From: Octopus vulgaris
Lineage: Eukaryota
NCBI GenBank assembly: GCA_951406725.2
Contig: OX597828.1
Location: 68,820,001-68,884,000, forward strand
Length of the DNA: 64,000 nucleotides
Reading direction: 5' to 3'
The position numbers and the translations under genes were made by a program. Positions within the stretch are counted from its first letter, which is position 1; every line of letters begins with the position of its first letter. Positions 39,580 through 54,666 of the stretch are shown one piece after another. Below the pieces are notes generated by a model. It was not told the DNA's origin, did no database searches, and worked only from the letters and a program-made list of their open reading frames with translations.

Positions 39580-39811
39580 TATTTCTTTACTACCCTCAAG
39601 GGGCTAAACATAGAGGGGACAAACAAGGACAGACAAACGGATTAAATCGATTACATCGATCCCAGTGCGTTACTGGTACTTATTTAATCGACCCCGAAGG
39701 GATGAAAGGCAAAGTCGACCTCGGAGGAATTTGAACTTAGAACGTAACGGCAGACGAAATACCGCTAAGCATTTCGCCCGGCGTGCTAACGTTTCTGCCA
39801 GCTCGCCGCCT
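39580..39811 (-). mobile_element. SINE family A, full length
   Basis: Complete consensus. Confidence 0.85.
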
Positions 39812-39818
39812 ATGTGTG

Positions 39819-40450
<632 letters not shown>

Positions 40451-40651
40451 ATCGTTACTTTCCCATCCTCCTGCATAACTACTTGGTACATGCTCATACC
40501 ACTCTCTGTTATTTCATTTTGGTATTTACGGCATAAGAACCATTGAAGATACACACTTTATCGTGGCGGCACTTGTATACTTTTTGCGCAAGGCTCTCAC
40601 ATCCACTTACCAAGTGGGTCACATTTTCCATATTCTTTCCACAGAGTCTGC

Positions 40652-40663
40652 ATTATTATTATT

Positions 40664-40742
<79 letters not shown>

Positions 40743-40775
40743 TTATTATTATTATTAATAGTTTTATTTTTAATA

Positions 40776-40837
<62 letters not shown>

Positions 40838-40854
40838 CATCATCATCGTTATTA

Positions 40855-40896
<42 letters not shown>

Positions 40897-41001
40897 TTAT
40901 TATCATTATTATTATTATTAATATTTTTATTTTTATTATTTTTATTATTATTAATATTATTATTATCATTATCATTATTATTATCGTTATCATTATTATT
41001 G

Positions 41002-41035
<34 letters not shown>

Positions 41036-41145
41036 TAATAATATTATTATTATTATTATCATTATTATTATCGTTATCATAATTATTATTATTATCATTA
41101 TTATTATCGTTATCATTATTATTATTATTATCATTATTATTATTA

Positions 41146-41206
<61 letters not shown>

Positions 41207-41226
41207 CATCATCATCATTATTATTG

Positions 41227-41291
<65 letters not shown>
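40652..41291. repeat. (ATT)n / (ATC)n microsatellite
   Basis: Direct observation. Confidence 0.95.
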
Positions 41292-41880
41292 TACATTTAC
41301 TTACTAATGTGATGTTATTAAAGAATCATAAAATGCGGGTATCTCTGCTCCTCTTTCTCTTGCCATTGCTACTGTCATTTGCTGGTTGCCAGAACAGAAT
41401 GATTGATTTGATGCTAACAAGTTTAAAAAATACTTAACACATACCACATAAGTATGGAGAGGCAGACAAATACTTGAAAATTAATCTGCATTAATCTTAA
41501 TCTGCAAGACCTATGTAGAAGGGAAGAGATCTAATAATGCTAATTATTCATACTGAAACACTCTAGTGTTAAGGTTCTAGTTTCTGACCAAAGTTTCATT
41601 TATTTAGATGAGGCCGATTAAGATTCTTTGTGGAAGAAGAAAAAAAAGATAAAAGCTTTTTTGGAGTTTCCCAAGAATTTTTGCAGTTGCTACGGTTAGA
41701 CGAAGAAACTACATCTGGTTCATTGGTAGTCAAGAACTGAAAACGTGTGGATAGAAACTGGCATGATGAATGAGTCACAGATCATTCGCCTGTGAGTGCA
41801 TTTGTGAAAGTCAAAGCAAAATATATTTCGTTTTTGGATTTGGCTTGCAAGATTCTTTATATGAGTTCGTGTGTTGAAGC

Positions 41881-42145
41881 ATATTCTGTTGTGTCTGGGC
41901 AGAGTCATTTTCTTTTTGTGCCTTATTATTTAACACACTCACCGGTAAAATTTCCACTTTTTTTTCTTATTTTTATTTTCCTAAAATTTTCGTTGCGCCT
42001 TGCAACCTTTTCAATAGTTTTGCAAGACGCAACGAAAATTTTAGGACAATAAAAATAAGAAAAAAAAGTGGAAAGTTTACCGGTGAGTGTGTTAAATAAT
42101 AAGGCACAAAAAGAAAATGACTCTCCCCAGACACAAGCAAAATAT
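41881..42145. repeat. ~125-bp inverted repeat with 14-nt spacer, Penelope pLTR-like
   Basis: Arms 41881-42005 / 42020-42145; inner end TTGC-AAGAC-GCAA-C-GAAA-ATTT-TA-GGA resembles an HHR 3' half. Confidence 0.75.
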
Positions 42146-42399
42146 AGTTTTTTAAAATGAAGTATCTGGAAATATTCCTGCCAGTCACAAGTAAAATACA
42201 GCAGAAAAGAGTAAGATGTTGATACACGATACTGCAACAATAACATGTGAAAGCTATTACGACTAGCTGCACACCACATTTACAGGTGAGTTGTTGAGAA
42301 TCATATTCAAAGTGATGTTCACCAAAATGTTTAAAAGCAAAGTAAATTTATTCAGTAAATGAAGCTGAAAATATACTTGAAGTTCTACTAACCAAATTT

Positions 42400-42860
42400 G
42401 TGTCAAGACAGGAGATGGTTGTCGTGTGTACAACGGTGTTATGACACACTTGCGGCAAATAAATAGCTCTCTTCTGAAATGCAGAAACTGCTCTCCACCG
42501 ATACAACAATCCTGGTTTTTACAATGAACTTTTAAAAGCTGTTGTCCAATGCGATCTGTATCGATTTCCACGGCAAATCTCAGCTGAATCTGCTTTGTTC
42601 TTATGCGATACGGATGGACAAAAAAATACCTATTACTGAAAATCATAGTCACGCTAAAGAAGGTTCACTTTTCTTGGGAATCGATGAAGCAACTGAGTGT
42701 GCTGTAGAAAGACATGTGTAAGTCCCTTTCAAAGACACTGAGCTGTCTGTGTATTTCAAATAATGAAAGAAGGGAGGAGTGTCAAAAGAAATTAATTCGT
42801 TACAGATCGCAAAGGTTTTAGTTTCATCCGTAATTAAGTACATTGTGCCCTTCAGAACTT
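42400..42860 (+). pseudogene. Possible highly decayed hAT-type transposase
   Basis: FYNELLKAVVQCD, LFLGIDEATEC and EINSLQIAKVL resemble the hAT 'IDETTD' region; many stops. Confidence 0.3.
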
Positions 42861-43424
42861 CCTGTGCAACCGGTTTCAACTTGATATATGTGTTTTGAGA
42901 TTAGCATCATTCGTTCTCACCTCGAAGTCCAAAGAAATGTAATGAGTAATGCTCCTCCTCCTCTGATCAGTCAATAAAAGATAGGTACAAGAAATTCATG
43001 TGACTAGAAAATTAGCTTACATTTAATCAAAAGAAATGAAACAAATCGATTAATTATCGAATATAGCATTCAGTGTGTCATGCTGTATTTATACATACTG
43101 TCGATAGGCTAGATACTGCAGTATTTGTCTTGACATAAAATCACTTATCGGCATATTGTGTTAAAAGCACAATAAATATCCTTGTATTATATATATATAT
43201 ATTTAAAAAATCAATAAAGAATTTATCGTTTTTAACGCAGCATGTCCACTAGAAATGTTATCTCAAGACAGATATTGTATTATGTAGACTATCGCCAGAA
43301 GGCTATGTTGATTAGATATTCCCTCAATTGCATATACTGGATTTTTAAGAAATATAGTTTTATTTAGGGTTTGAAACGATGTCACAGTCTTTGTTGCCGG
43401 AGAGATGAAAGCAGTGACAGATGT

Positions 43425-43624
43425 TGTTGTTGTTAAGCAACAAGACGGGTAAGGGTGGTTAGGTGATGGTCTAGGGCTTAGGGGCGAGAGACCCCAGACC
43501 TTGAAAAAAAAACTTTAGTCGTCTTGTTGTAGTCGAGGGCTCTTCGTTGACGCCCGACACCACTGGGAGGTGGCCCTCGAAGTCGCTGGAAATGTAGATC
43601 TCCAGGTCCAAATTCTTGAACAGC
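43425..43624 (-). mobile_element. 5'-truncated 200-bp LINE 3' end with (ACA)n tail
   Basis: 15-bp TSD AGCAGTGACAGATGT at 43410-43424 and 43625-43639; GC-richer insert. Confidence 0.75.
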
Positions 43625-45260
43625 AGCAGTGACAGATGTAGACATAAGGGTAAACAACTTATAATTCAAAGAGTCACAATTTTCATTGGCCTATATGTTT
43701 TCAGGGTTTGTGAGATTTTCTGGCCTCCGAGCTTTATATAACTTAATACCTGACCAAGGTTTAATCCGGTACTTGGTGAATGGCAAAGTGGATGTGAGTG
43801 GGATTTGAGCACCGAATGTAAACCAATGAAGCTAAATACTCTAAGAGATGAGAAGCTGATAGTACCAGTTTCAGCCAACTGTCTGATCTAATGAAGAATT
43901 ATATTAATTAAACAGAAGTAACTCAGGAGGGAGAGGGAAAGAAAGAAAGAGAGAAAAGAAAGAAAGAAGTAAAACGGGAGAAAGCAAGACAAGAGACATT
44001 CACAAACAAATAAAACAGCATAAAGCAAAAAATTGATGCAATGTCTCTTTTTTGAAAGTCTGTGATTCTTTCTTGGCGGCGAAAATGACAATTTCTAAAA
44101 TATGCCGGCTGCCATATGTGCAAACGGAATATTTAAGTTACGCAATACAATACAATAAAAATTCTACACATCGTATCTTTTTGTTTTGTGTGTGTGTGTG
44201 AGTGTGCATTCTATCTGAACCCCTTACGTTTCCCAATCTTATTTTTGTTGTTGTTGTTGTTGTAGAAAAGTGACTCTTGTTTATTAACTATAATTTCAAG
44301 TTTGGCGTCTAAGAGCCGAATAAGTTGTCGTCTGTTAATGTCAAGTGTTTCGTTGACTGTCATGTACCGCTGCCGTCTTCATGTGAAATATTTGTAGTTA
44401 GGAGTGTAATGCATGCCACCCCACGCACTTCCCCCTCTTTCTCTGTCTGTCTGTTTGTCTGTCTCTGTCTCTGTCTATCTCTGTCTGTCTGTCTCTCCCT
44501 CCCTCTCTCTCTCTCTCTCTCCATTTCATACATTTTAGCAGTTTCGAGAGATGGGATGGTGTTATCAAATTATAGAATTTGTAAATTTTTTTCGAAAATA
44601 GAAATAAATAACACGTCATAATCATCACCACCATCGTTATCTTGGTCATAATCATCCTTATTCACCTCCTCCCCTCCTCCTCCTCGTTGTCCTCCTCCTC
44701 CGCGTCGTCTTCGTCCTCCTCCTCATCGTCTTCCTCCTCCTCCTCCTCCTCCTCGTCGTCACCACTACCGCCCCTAACAACACAACAACAACTGCAGCCA
44801 TCGTGTAACGTTCCTAAGTTCACAAAATGCCAGACAGCTATCTCATATCATATCTCACTGTTGGTGAGGTACAGTATGAGATGGCCTTCCTCGATGGACG
44901 ATGCCACTGCCAACCTCACGTCTGAAGAAGTAATGGTGTCATGCCAGCAGAAATATTTAGTGAAAATTAAAGTTATAGTGAATGCCCTGGGAGTTTGCTT
45001 CAAGCAACACTGCTCAAGCGAAACAAAAGCGTTGAACTGGCAGTATTGTTAGCACGCCAGGCAAAATGCTTTATAGCATTTCGTCTGTCCTCATGCTCTG
45101 AGTCCAAATTTCGCCAAGGTTTGCTTTCCTTTCATCCTTTCGGGGTCGATAAGATAAGGAGCAGTTGAAAACTGAGGACGATGTCATCGACTTAGCCCCC
45201 TCCCCCACCCCGACCTTGCTGGCCAAAATTTGAAACCAATATTGTTCCAAGTTACTACCA

Positions 45261-45360
45261 GATCGAGATTACTACCAAAGAGACCAGCTGGATCGAGGTT
45301 ACTACTAGAGAAACCAACTGGATCGAGGTTACTACCAGAAAGACAAGCTGGATCGAGGTT
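45261..45360. repeat. 30-bp minisatellite, 3.3 copies
   Basis: GATCGAGGTTACTACCAGAGAGACCAGCTG-like unit. Confidence 0.85.
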
Positions 45361-45523
45361 TGCAAATCCAGCACCCAAAATAAACTTTTAATTTGTGTAG
45401 TAAATATTACTGCCGATAAGCTATGTACCAACCTGTCTGAATGGAAGCATGGTTGGACTTAAATTCTTGAGGCCTTGTGCCTATAGTAGAAAGGATTATC
45501 ATCATCATCATCATCATCATCAT

Positions 45524-45790
45524 TGGAATGCTACATTGGAAACTGTGCGAAAAGTGGGGGGCTAGAGAGAAGCAAAACGTGGTATGAGAGCACAGACCGC
45601 AAAAAGTGGCGGAGTCAAAGACTTGCAAAACCCTCCATGATTTCCCAATCCAAACAGACCAGATGCTGGAGCATAACAGACCGGACCTCGTGGTCGTCTA
45701 CAAGATGCACCCTATGTGCTAAAATCCACGACAAAAATCATTAAATGCCGTGGTTAAGCTTCAATTAGAAATATTCCTTGAATTCACGAT
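45524..45790 (+). mobile_element. R4/Dong-clade LINE restriction-like endonuclease fragment
   Basis: LHWKLCEKWGLE..WYEHRPQKV..DFPIQTD..EHNRPDLVVV. Confidence 0.75.
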
Positions 45791-46027
45791 ATCAGGGGGA
45801 AATGACTATCATGCAACAACTGCTTAAAATTTAAAGGACGACTAGATTTATGATGGTTAGCCAACAGAACAAGACCCTTTTCCTTTAAACCTTTTCGCCG
45901 AACAGGTTTGTGGCCAGTTAAAATAAACTCTTAAATTCCAATGAGGGAGAGAATGATATATATGCAACCATACATACGTGCAAAAACAATTCATGCATTC
46001 ACATGAAAATATATGCAAACATACCTA

Positions 46028-46253
46028 TTTCTTTACTACCCACAAGGGGCTAAACACGGAGAGGGCAAACAAGGACAGACAAACGGATTAAGTCGATTAT
46101 ATCGACCCCAGTGCGTAACTGGTACTTAATTTATCGACCCCGAAAGGATGAAAGGCAAAGTCGACCTCGGCGGAATTTGAACCCAGAACGTAGCGGCAGA
46201 CGAAATACTGCTAAGCATTTCGCCCGGCGTGCTAACGATTCTGCCAGCTTGCC
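46028..46253 (-). mobile_element. SINE family A with 13-bp TSD
   Basis: GCAAACATACCTA at 46015-46027 and 46254-46266. Confidence 0.9.
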
Positions 46254-47037
46254 GCAAACATACCTACGTACATTTGTACACACACAAATATACATACATA
46301 ACTTAACAAGCACTCTTGCTGAAGGACAAGGCGTCGCTGAGTATCGAACTCACGATCCTGAGCCGAATGTCCTAACCACTAACCACTAAACTACGCACCT
46401 TCACCATGCACACATACATTTATGCAGACATACATTTATGCAGACATACACGCATACAAGCATACATGAGTATATTTATTTCCACGTGTATTTTGCGTTT
46501 GGTAGATTTTGCTCACACACACATGTGCACGAGTAAACACACGCGCATACGTGTTTTATTATATCATATTTTGTGTATGTGCAGGCAAGAATGTGATTGT
46601 GCTTGTTAGTGTGTACGTAGCTCTGTGTTTGTGTAGTTAGATTAAATTACATACAGATGACTTGGACTGTCTCGAAGAATGTAGGCGTTTTATAAATAAT
46701 TACTTAGACAACAGAAGGTGAGCTGGGCTCTTTGTGAATGGTGCTGCTAGCTGAAATGGCATATGACGTTTATCTCTGAAGGTGGTGCCAGCGACATTGG
46801 ATCTGCTGGTAAGAATTCAAAGACGGTGAACGCCGTCTGCTGTCTCATCCATAAGCCGAGACACGTCACGCACCGCTCCTATATCAACAAACCGAACGCC
46901 TGGCTTTATTTTCAGATCTCTTTCTCACTGCACTTTATGGCATCGTTATGTTGTATGCTCGGATGGCATTTATCGTTGCTTCTACGTTCGGACTCGCTCT
47001 GGTAGAGACACGACGGAATCCTGAACGAAACGATTCG

Positions 47038-47106
47038 AAGAAGAAGAAGAAAAAGAAGAAGAAGAAGAAGAAGAAGAAGAAGAAGAAGAAGAAGAAGAAG
47101 AAGAAG

Positions 47107-47156
<50 letters not shown>

Positions 47157-47332
47157 AGAAGAAGAAGGAGGAGAAGGAGAAGAAGAAAAAGAAGGAGAAG
47201 GAGAAGAAGAAGAAGAAGAAGAAGGAGAAGGAGAAGAAGAAGAAGAAGAACAAAGAAGAAGAAGAAGAAGGAGAAGAAGAAGAAGAACAAAGAAGAAGAA
47301 GAAGAAAAAGAAGAAGAACAACAACAACAGTA

Positions 47333-47391
<59 letters not shown>

Positions 47392-47395
47392 AGTA
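47038..47395. repeat. Compound (GAA)n(CAA)n(TAC)n microsatellite
   Basis: Direct observation. Confidence 0.95.
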
Positions 47396-47807
47396 CTAAT
47401 ACCACAACGACTAACAACTTTAGCAATTAGTTCATTAGTTACGACAGCAGCAGCAGTTACAACAATAGTTAGAGCAACAACAACAATAACTACAAGACGA
47501 CCACAACATCCCCACCACCACCACCACCACTAACAACAACAACAATATCAAGTTAGCGAGGTAGCTTCTTAGGTGGTCATTCGACCTGCTAGATACAACA
47601 GCCAAGTTACCCTCAAATATCACATCCGAACATCTTTGGATACACTGGATGTATGTATGTGTGCGCGTGCGTGTATTTGTATGTACACACACACACACAT
47701 GTATGTATTTATATGTATATGTGTGTATATATATATGAGTGTGTATGTGTGTGTATGTGTGTATATATACATACATACCGACATGCAGACACACGCATAT
47801 ATGTATG

Positions 47808-47860
<53 letters not shown>

Positions 47861-47899
47861 ACATATATATATGCATACATACATACATACATACATACA

Positions 47900-47969
<70 letters not shown>

Positions 47970-48476
47970 TATGCAAAAACACAAATGGCGTGTAAAATTT
48001 ACGACAGCTGTTTCGATATCTAAGACAGGATGTTCACGGCTGAAGGGCCTTTAATTATAAGTCTGATTCATTAGGGCTGACCTGGGGCTAAAAAGCAGCA
48101 CTACCACAGCATATTCTCCCACACCAACAACAACTACAACAACAACAACAACAACATGCAAGCACTATTAAAGAAACAAACAGACGTAAAGACAAAATTC
48201 CCATATAAGGTTTAATATCATATCTCAGATGGGATTCTTGCTTGCCAACCAGACATTCTCTTCATTGCAGCAGATTTCTGTTCTGGCGGTTATTAAAGAG
48301 AGTCGAAAACATGAGTGGGGGAGCTAGAAAGGAAAAGGGAAACATTGAATAATATATATATATATATAAAAAAAAAGGGACAAAACAGAAAAAAAGATTA
48401 CTTTCTTAAGCAACATATGGCGTCTGTTTGTAAAGTGTACAATAACATATAACTTATGTTATAATGTTATAACGTC

Positions 48477-49552
<1,076 letters not shown>

Positions 49553-49554
49553 CT

Positions 49555-50030
49555 AAATAAGACTGCGAGCAATATACTGGCAGCGCAAAAGGAAGCTGTG
49601 GCTACGAATTCGAGAGTCAACCTTACGAAAGAGCAAACTTCTCCGCTGTGCCACATTTGCGATAGAGTGGACGAAACGATTACCCCTATCACGAACGAAT
49701 GCCTTAGACTTTTCCGAAAGCACTACAATTGTGGCAACACGATAAGGTAGCAAAACTGCTACATTGGAAACTGTGCGAAAAGTGTGGGGGGGGGGGGGGC
49801 TAGAGAGAAGCAAAACGTGGTATGACAGCACAGACCGCAAAGGGTGGCGGAGTCAAAGACTTGCAAAATCCTCCGTGATTTCCCAATCCAAACAGACCAG
49901 ATGCCGGAGCATAACAGACCGGACCTCGTGGTCGTCTACAAGATGCACCCTATGTGCTAAAATCCACGACAAAAATCATTAAATGTAGCTTTATTAGATG
50001 GTTAAGCTTTAATTAGAAATATTCTTTGAA
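49555..50030 (+). mobile_element. R4/Dong-clade LINE zinc-finger/endonuclease fragment
   Basis: CHICDRVDETI..EC, DKVAKLLHWKLCEK, HNRPDLVVV; 3' part near-identical to 45524-45790; abuts (AAT)n. Confidence 0.75.
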
Positions 50031-50176
50031 TTTTTTTACATTTTTCTCGGGTTGTCGATTCTAGATGTTTTGAATTAGTTCTAAATGAGAAAGCACAGGA
50101 GGAATTATTTTTCATCTTTCATAACAGCTAAATAGTGAGAATAAAACAAAACGAACAAGTATTATAAAGGAAAATA

Positions 50177-50674
50177 GGATCTTTTCCGTTTGAACGGCAG
50201 TTTTTAACATAATTTCTAGGTAACTAAAAAATTTAAAACTTCGTATACTGGTAGAATGTGTTTTTTAAAACATCTTTTTCTCTTGGCTTTATTGAGAAAA
50301 TTCTATAGTTTGTAAGATATTTGTTGTTTTTTTCTTCAATTTCTGCAATTTCAACCAATCACTGACGTCCATTGAGGTAAACAACATTCTGTGCCGTATG
50401 AATATGTTCCTCGTTTAAAAAACAGATTGGGTTTATTTACATTTGTGAAGAAAAAAAGAAATGGCGGTGCCCCAGCATGGCCACAGCTCATGAGCTGAAA
50501 CTAGAATCAATCAATCATACCCTTTCCCCCACCCATAACCCTAACCCTAACCCTAACTAACCCTAACCCTAAAATTGATTGAAATGCAATAGATCGATAC
50601 TAGGGGCATAAATATGGGTGATAATTTCATATGACACCGCTAGAAAAAAACTGACATTCAAACCGAAAAGATCC
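50177..50674. mobile_element. MITE with internal telomeric repeats (Merlin-like)
   Basis: TIRs GGATCTTTTC.GTTTGAA../..TTCAAACCGAAAAGATCC, degenerate 8-bp TSD, (CCCTAA)n at ~50532-50572. Confidence 0.8.
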
Positions 50675-51136
50675 GAAAAATATCTTTTAAACATAATAGA
50701 ATTAATTTCTGGCCCCAAAAGATGTTTCCCTTGCTCATCCCAAAATATGTAATTTATTGCTTGTGACGTCATCGTCACATGATGGTTACTACGTCCACCT
50801 TGGTCTCAATGTGATTTCTGTGTGAAGTTGTGTTAGTTGTAATGGCGACTTATTTTGATATTTGCATCGTTCTTGTTCGGTAACTTCCCTGTTACTCTTG
50901 ATGTTGTTGTTGTTGCTGTTGGCGTTGTTGATGTAATTATATACTGTGCTTAGTAATGATTTATTTCAGGTTTAAGAATGTTACACGAAGAAAACGTTCC
51001 CGCGAAAGAAGATATGTAAATAGTCGTATATAACACTTGAATGACGGCTGGAAAAGAAAGAAAGAAAGAAAGAAAGAAAAAAGAAAGAAAGAAAGAAAGA
51101 AAGAAAAAAAAGAAAGAAAGAAAGAAAGAAAGAAAA

Positions 51137-51176
<40 letters not shown>

Positions 51177-51991
51177 AAATGAATGAATGACGGAAAGAAA
51201 GAATGAAAGTAGGAAGGAAGGAAGGAAGGAAGGAAGGAAGGAAAGAGGGGAATAAAGAAAGAAAGAAGGAAAGAAAGAAAGAAAACGAATGAATGAAGGA
51301 CGGAAGGAAAGAATGAAAGTAGGAAGGAAGCAAGGAAGCAAGGAAGGAAGGAAGGAAGGAAGGAAGGAAAGAGGGGAATAAAGAAAGAAACAATGAATGA
51401 ACGAAAGAAAGTCAGGAGAGAGGAATGAAAAGTGGAGAGGGAAAAAGACGGAACGAAAGATGTTCTGGCGAAACGAAATAAAATTCTACGAAAAGACAGA
51501 AAGAAAAAGGGAGAAATAAAAGAATAAAAAAAAGAGGGGCCAAGAGGAAGTGGTGAAATTATGACAGGGAAAACAAAAAAGAAAAAAATAAAGAAAATTT
51601 GTGGTAGTGCATATAATGGTAAGTCTCTATGAACATTGATCTAGGTTCGAATCGACCTTGAGCCATTTTCATTTCACTTAATCCTCGTACCAGTGGTTTC
51701 TTTTACTCTCAACAATCTCCAAAGCGATGTCCGTCCACTCATATTGATTTATCTTCAGTGCATTATGTAACGACAAGAATTATGGGACGTTTTCGTTCCA
51801 AACGAAAATATAATAAATAAGAGTATAAAAAAGCTGAAAATAAAAGAACGAACAAGGGAATAAAAGTAAGAAAGCAGAGATTAAAGAAACTTCATTTTGT
51901 AAGTTTATGTCTCTTGTAATGAATAGACTTTTTAAAAGTTTATTTTCAATGCAAACACTCTCAGAAAGTCACGCACACATACATAGACACG

Positions 51992-52224
51992 TAACCCAAT
52001 TTATACGTTACTGTATTTATTTTGAGATGCTCGGTGTTTCTTTCAATTATTGTAAATATAACAAAAGAATTTAGTAAAATAACTTAGTTATCAATAAGCT
52101 AGTGTTAGGAACATAAATTGTGACTAAGGTTTGGGGGAAGATTTTAATTCAAAACATAGGAAAACAAGACATTTGTACTCAGGGCCAGAGGTGGTTTCAG
52201 CCAGGTTGATATCAAAAGGGTTAA
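51992..52224. mobile_element. piggyBac-like MITE remnant
   Basis: Right end ..AAAAGGG|TTAA; left end degenerate. Confidence 0.4.
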
Positions 52225-52696
52225 AGAAGAGACATGTAGCAATAAAAGATCGACATATATCATAAAATGCCGTGACGTATAACAAACATCATCGCTAACT
52301 CTTGTCAAGTGATCTGCGCCGTTGCATGTTTACTAACAGAGAAAGACAAGGAAGGAGAAATGAGAGAGATATATATATATAGAGAGAGAGAAGGGGAGAA
52401 ATTAATGAGAGAAAGATGTAATTTATGATTAACCAGGAGAAAAGTTCTTGCACAGAAAAATATATATCACATTTCATTACAATGAAAAATAAATCCAAAG
52501 ACAATTCAGAAACTCAAGAAAACTATCTCAACTCTATACATGAAAAACCATTCAAACACACACAAAGACTACTGTAAGATAGTAAGCATTATTTTAAATT
52601 TTCAATAGAAAATTTATAAGAACTGTCTCTTAATCCAAGTCTTTGGCGATTAGAATGATGTGTTGAATTCTATCTTAATATAACTTTCTACGAAAA

Positions 52697-52930
52697 GGCG
52701 GCGAGCTGGCAGAATCGTTAGCACGCTGTGTTTAGCCCCTTGTGGGTAGTAATAACATCGAAAAATACCTTAGGAATGAGAACCCAGGTTCGGAATTTCC
52801 CCAAGATTCCTGATGAAGGCTGGAGGGTATATCAGCCGAAATGTTGTGTTAACAACAAACAAGATGAGGAGAAATATCCGTCGAATGTAAATAATGTACA
52901 TAATTCCTCTTCTCTTCAATATAGAACTGT
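52697..52930 (+). mobile_element. Chimera: internally deleted SINE A fused to a family D HHR tail
   Basis: SINE A head joined to SINE A tail, then AATAACATCGAAAAATACCTTAGG.. matching 1310-1460. Confidence 0.7.
52806..52849 (+). ncRNA. Minimal HHR (stem I mutated)
   Basis: ATTC-CTGATGA-A-GGCTG..CAGCC-GAAA-TG-TT-GTGT. Confidence 0.5.
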
Positions 52931-53579
52931 AATGACTCATACGCATCGACATACAAACCTAACACACAATAACTACATTATATTAACGAATAGCATCCCT
53001 GCACACATCCAAATATCACAACATGCATACATCTTTAAAATATATACACCAAAAGGAGTAGGAGACATCAGGAGAGATATATAAACAAAAGACTATATCA
53101 AGAACTGCTTGTGGAAACACCCACAACCATTCAGAGGGGAGCCATGAACTTGAATAAATTTAGTTTCGATAATTTCAGTCATGATTAGACATTCGAGTTT
53201 CTTTAGAATAGCAGTTTCACATAATACTTTAAACGATGAAATATAGGATATATTTAATTTTCAAGCTATTAACTATGTGTGTGGCCTGGCTTACATATAC
53301 AAAAAGGATAATTTAGATCAATGAGAGGGTAGCTTAGTACAGTTTCAATATCGGTGAGAGGTTCTGGACATGCTTCAGTAGAGAACCGCCTGCAATAAGA
53401 CCAAAAGAAATTTAGCTTTGATTGCTCATTTAAAACCAATCAAAGGATAATGAATTAAACCGATTTTCCTTTATTCTGAATAACTTTAGTGGTCACAGTC
53501 TATAAATATTAGTGGAGATCTGAAAATAAAAAGAACAGTGAGTGTACACACACACACACACACACACACATATAGATGA

Positions 53580-53644
<65 letters not shown>

Positions 53645-53655
53645 GTATACATAAT

Positions 53656-53688
<33 letters not shown>

Positions 53689-54209
53689 CATTTTGTGTGT
53701 GTTGATAAGTGTTTATGGCAAGCTCTTAGTTTCTGCTCGAATCTGTTACAATTATTCTTCTCAGGCCAATTTTTCGGAAAGAATGAATGTCATGGTTCCC
53801 ATTCCTGTGTGACCAACGGATCAGTATAAACATTTTTGCCGTTAATACATGACATATTTGGTTAGAGATTGTAGTGAATTCATCGCAAATAATCACAACG
53901 CCTGTAAATCCACCACATAGCCAGCCAATGCATTATTCTCAATAAACTCAGATAGTCATACCACATGCATAGTCAATAAATTTATTCTTCGTTGTACATT
54001 TTATCCGCAGAGAAAATGAAGAGAATTTTCTTATTCGCGAAGTGAATACAAATATACAATAAACAAGGGATTCAAAAACCATAAAGAACACCCAAAGATT
54101 TGGAATATTTTTTGAATGAAATCTTCAAAAAGTAGCAATCAAGAAACGAATTAATAATCGCACATTGCGTCGCTGTTGCCAAAACTTCACATCGCAAAAA
54201 GTAGCATTG

Positions 54210-54600
54210 ATTTCAATTGTTGGCACAAGGTTAGCAATATCTCTTGCGCAAAAAAGGGGTTAAATCTATCACATCCACCTCAATGTTCAACTGGCACTTA
54301 TTTTAATGATCGTAAAAGATGGAAAGTAAAGTCGACCTCGGCGGAATTTGAACTCAGAACGTAAGGACGGACGAAATACCTATTTCTTTACTACCCACAA
54401 GGGGCTGAACACAGAAGGGACAAACAAGGACAGACACAGGGATTAAGTCGATTAGATCGACCCTACAAGGCTCGAAATTTAGGGGGAGAGGGCCAGTCGA
54501 TTAGATCGACCCCAGTATGCAACTGGTACTTAATTTATCGACCCCGAAAGGATGAAATGCAAAGTCGACCTCGGCGGAATTTGAACTCAGAACGTAAAGA
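54210..54600 (-). mobile_element. Nested/tandem SINE A copies
   Basis: Pieces with all three tail types; junction GAAATACC|TATTTCTTTACT at 54380/54381. Confidence 0.75.

Positions 54601-54666
<66 letters not shown>

Noticed and set aside
39665-39811. Recurrent ORF MRNWYLIYRPR.. (also 4824, 46111)
   Set aside because: Antisense reading of SINE A
50532-50572. Telomere or chromosome-fusion site
   Set aside because: Few units, inside a dispersed MITE
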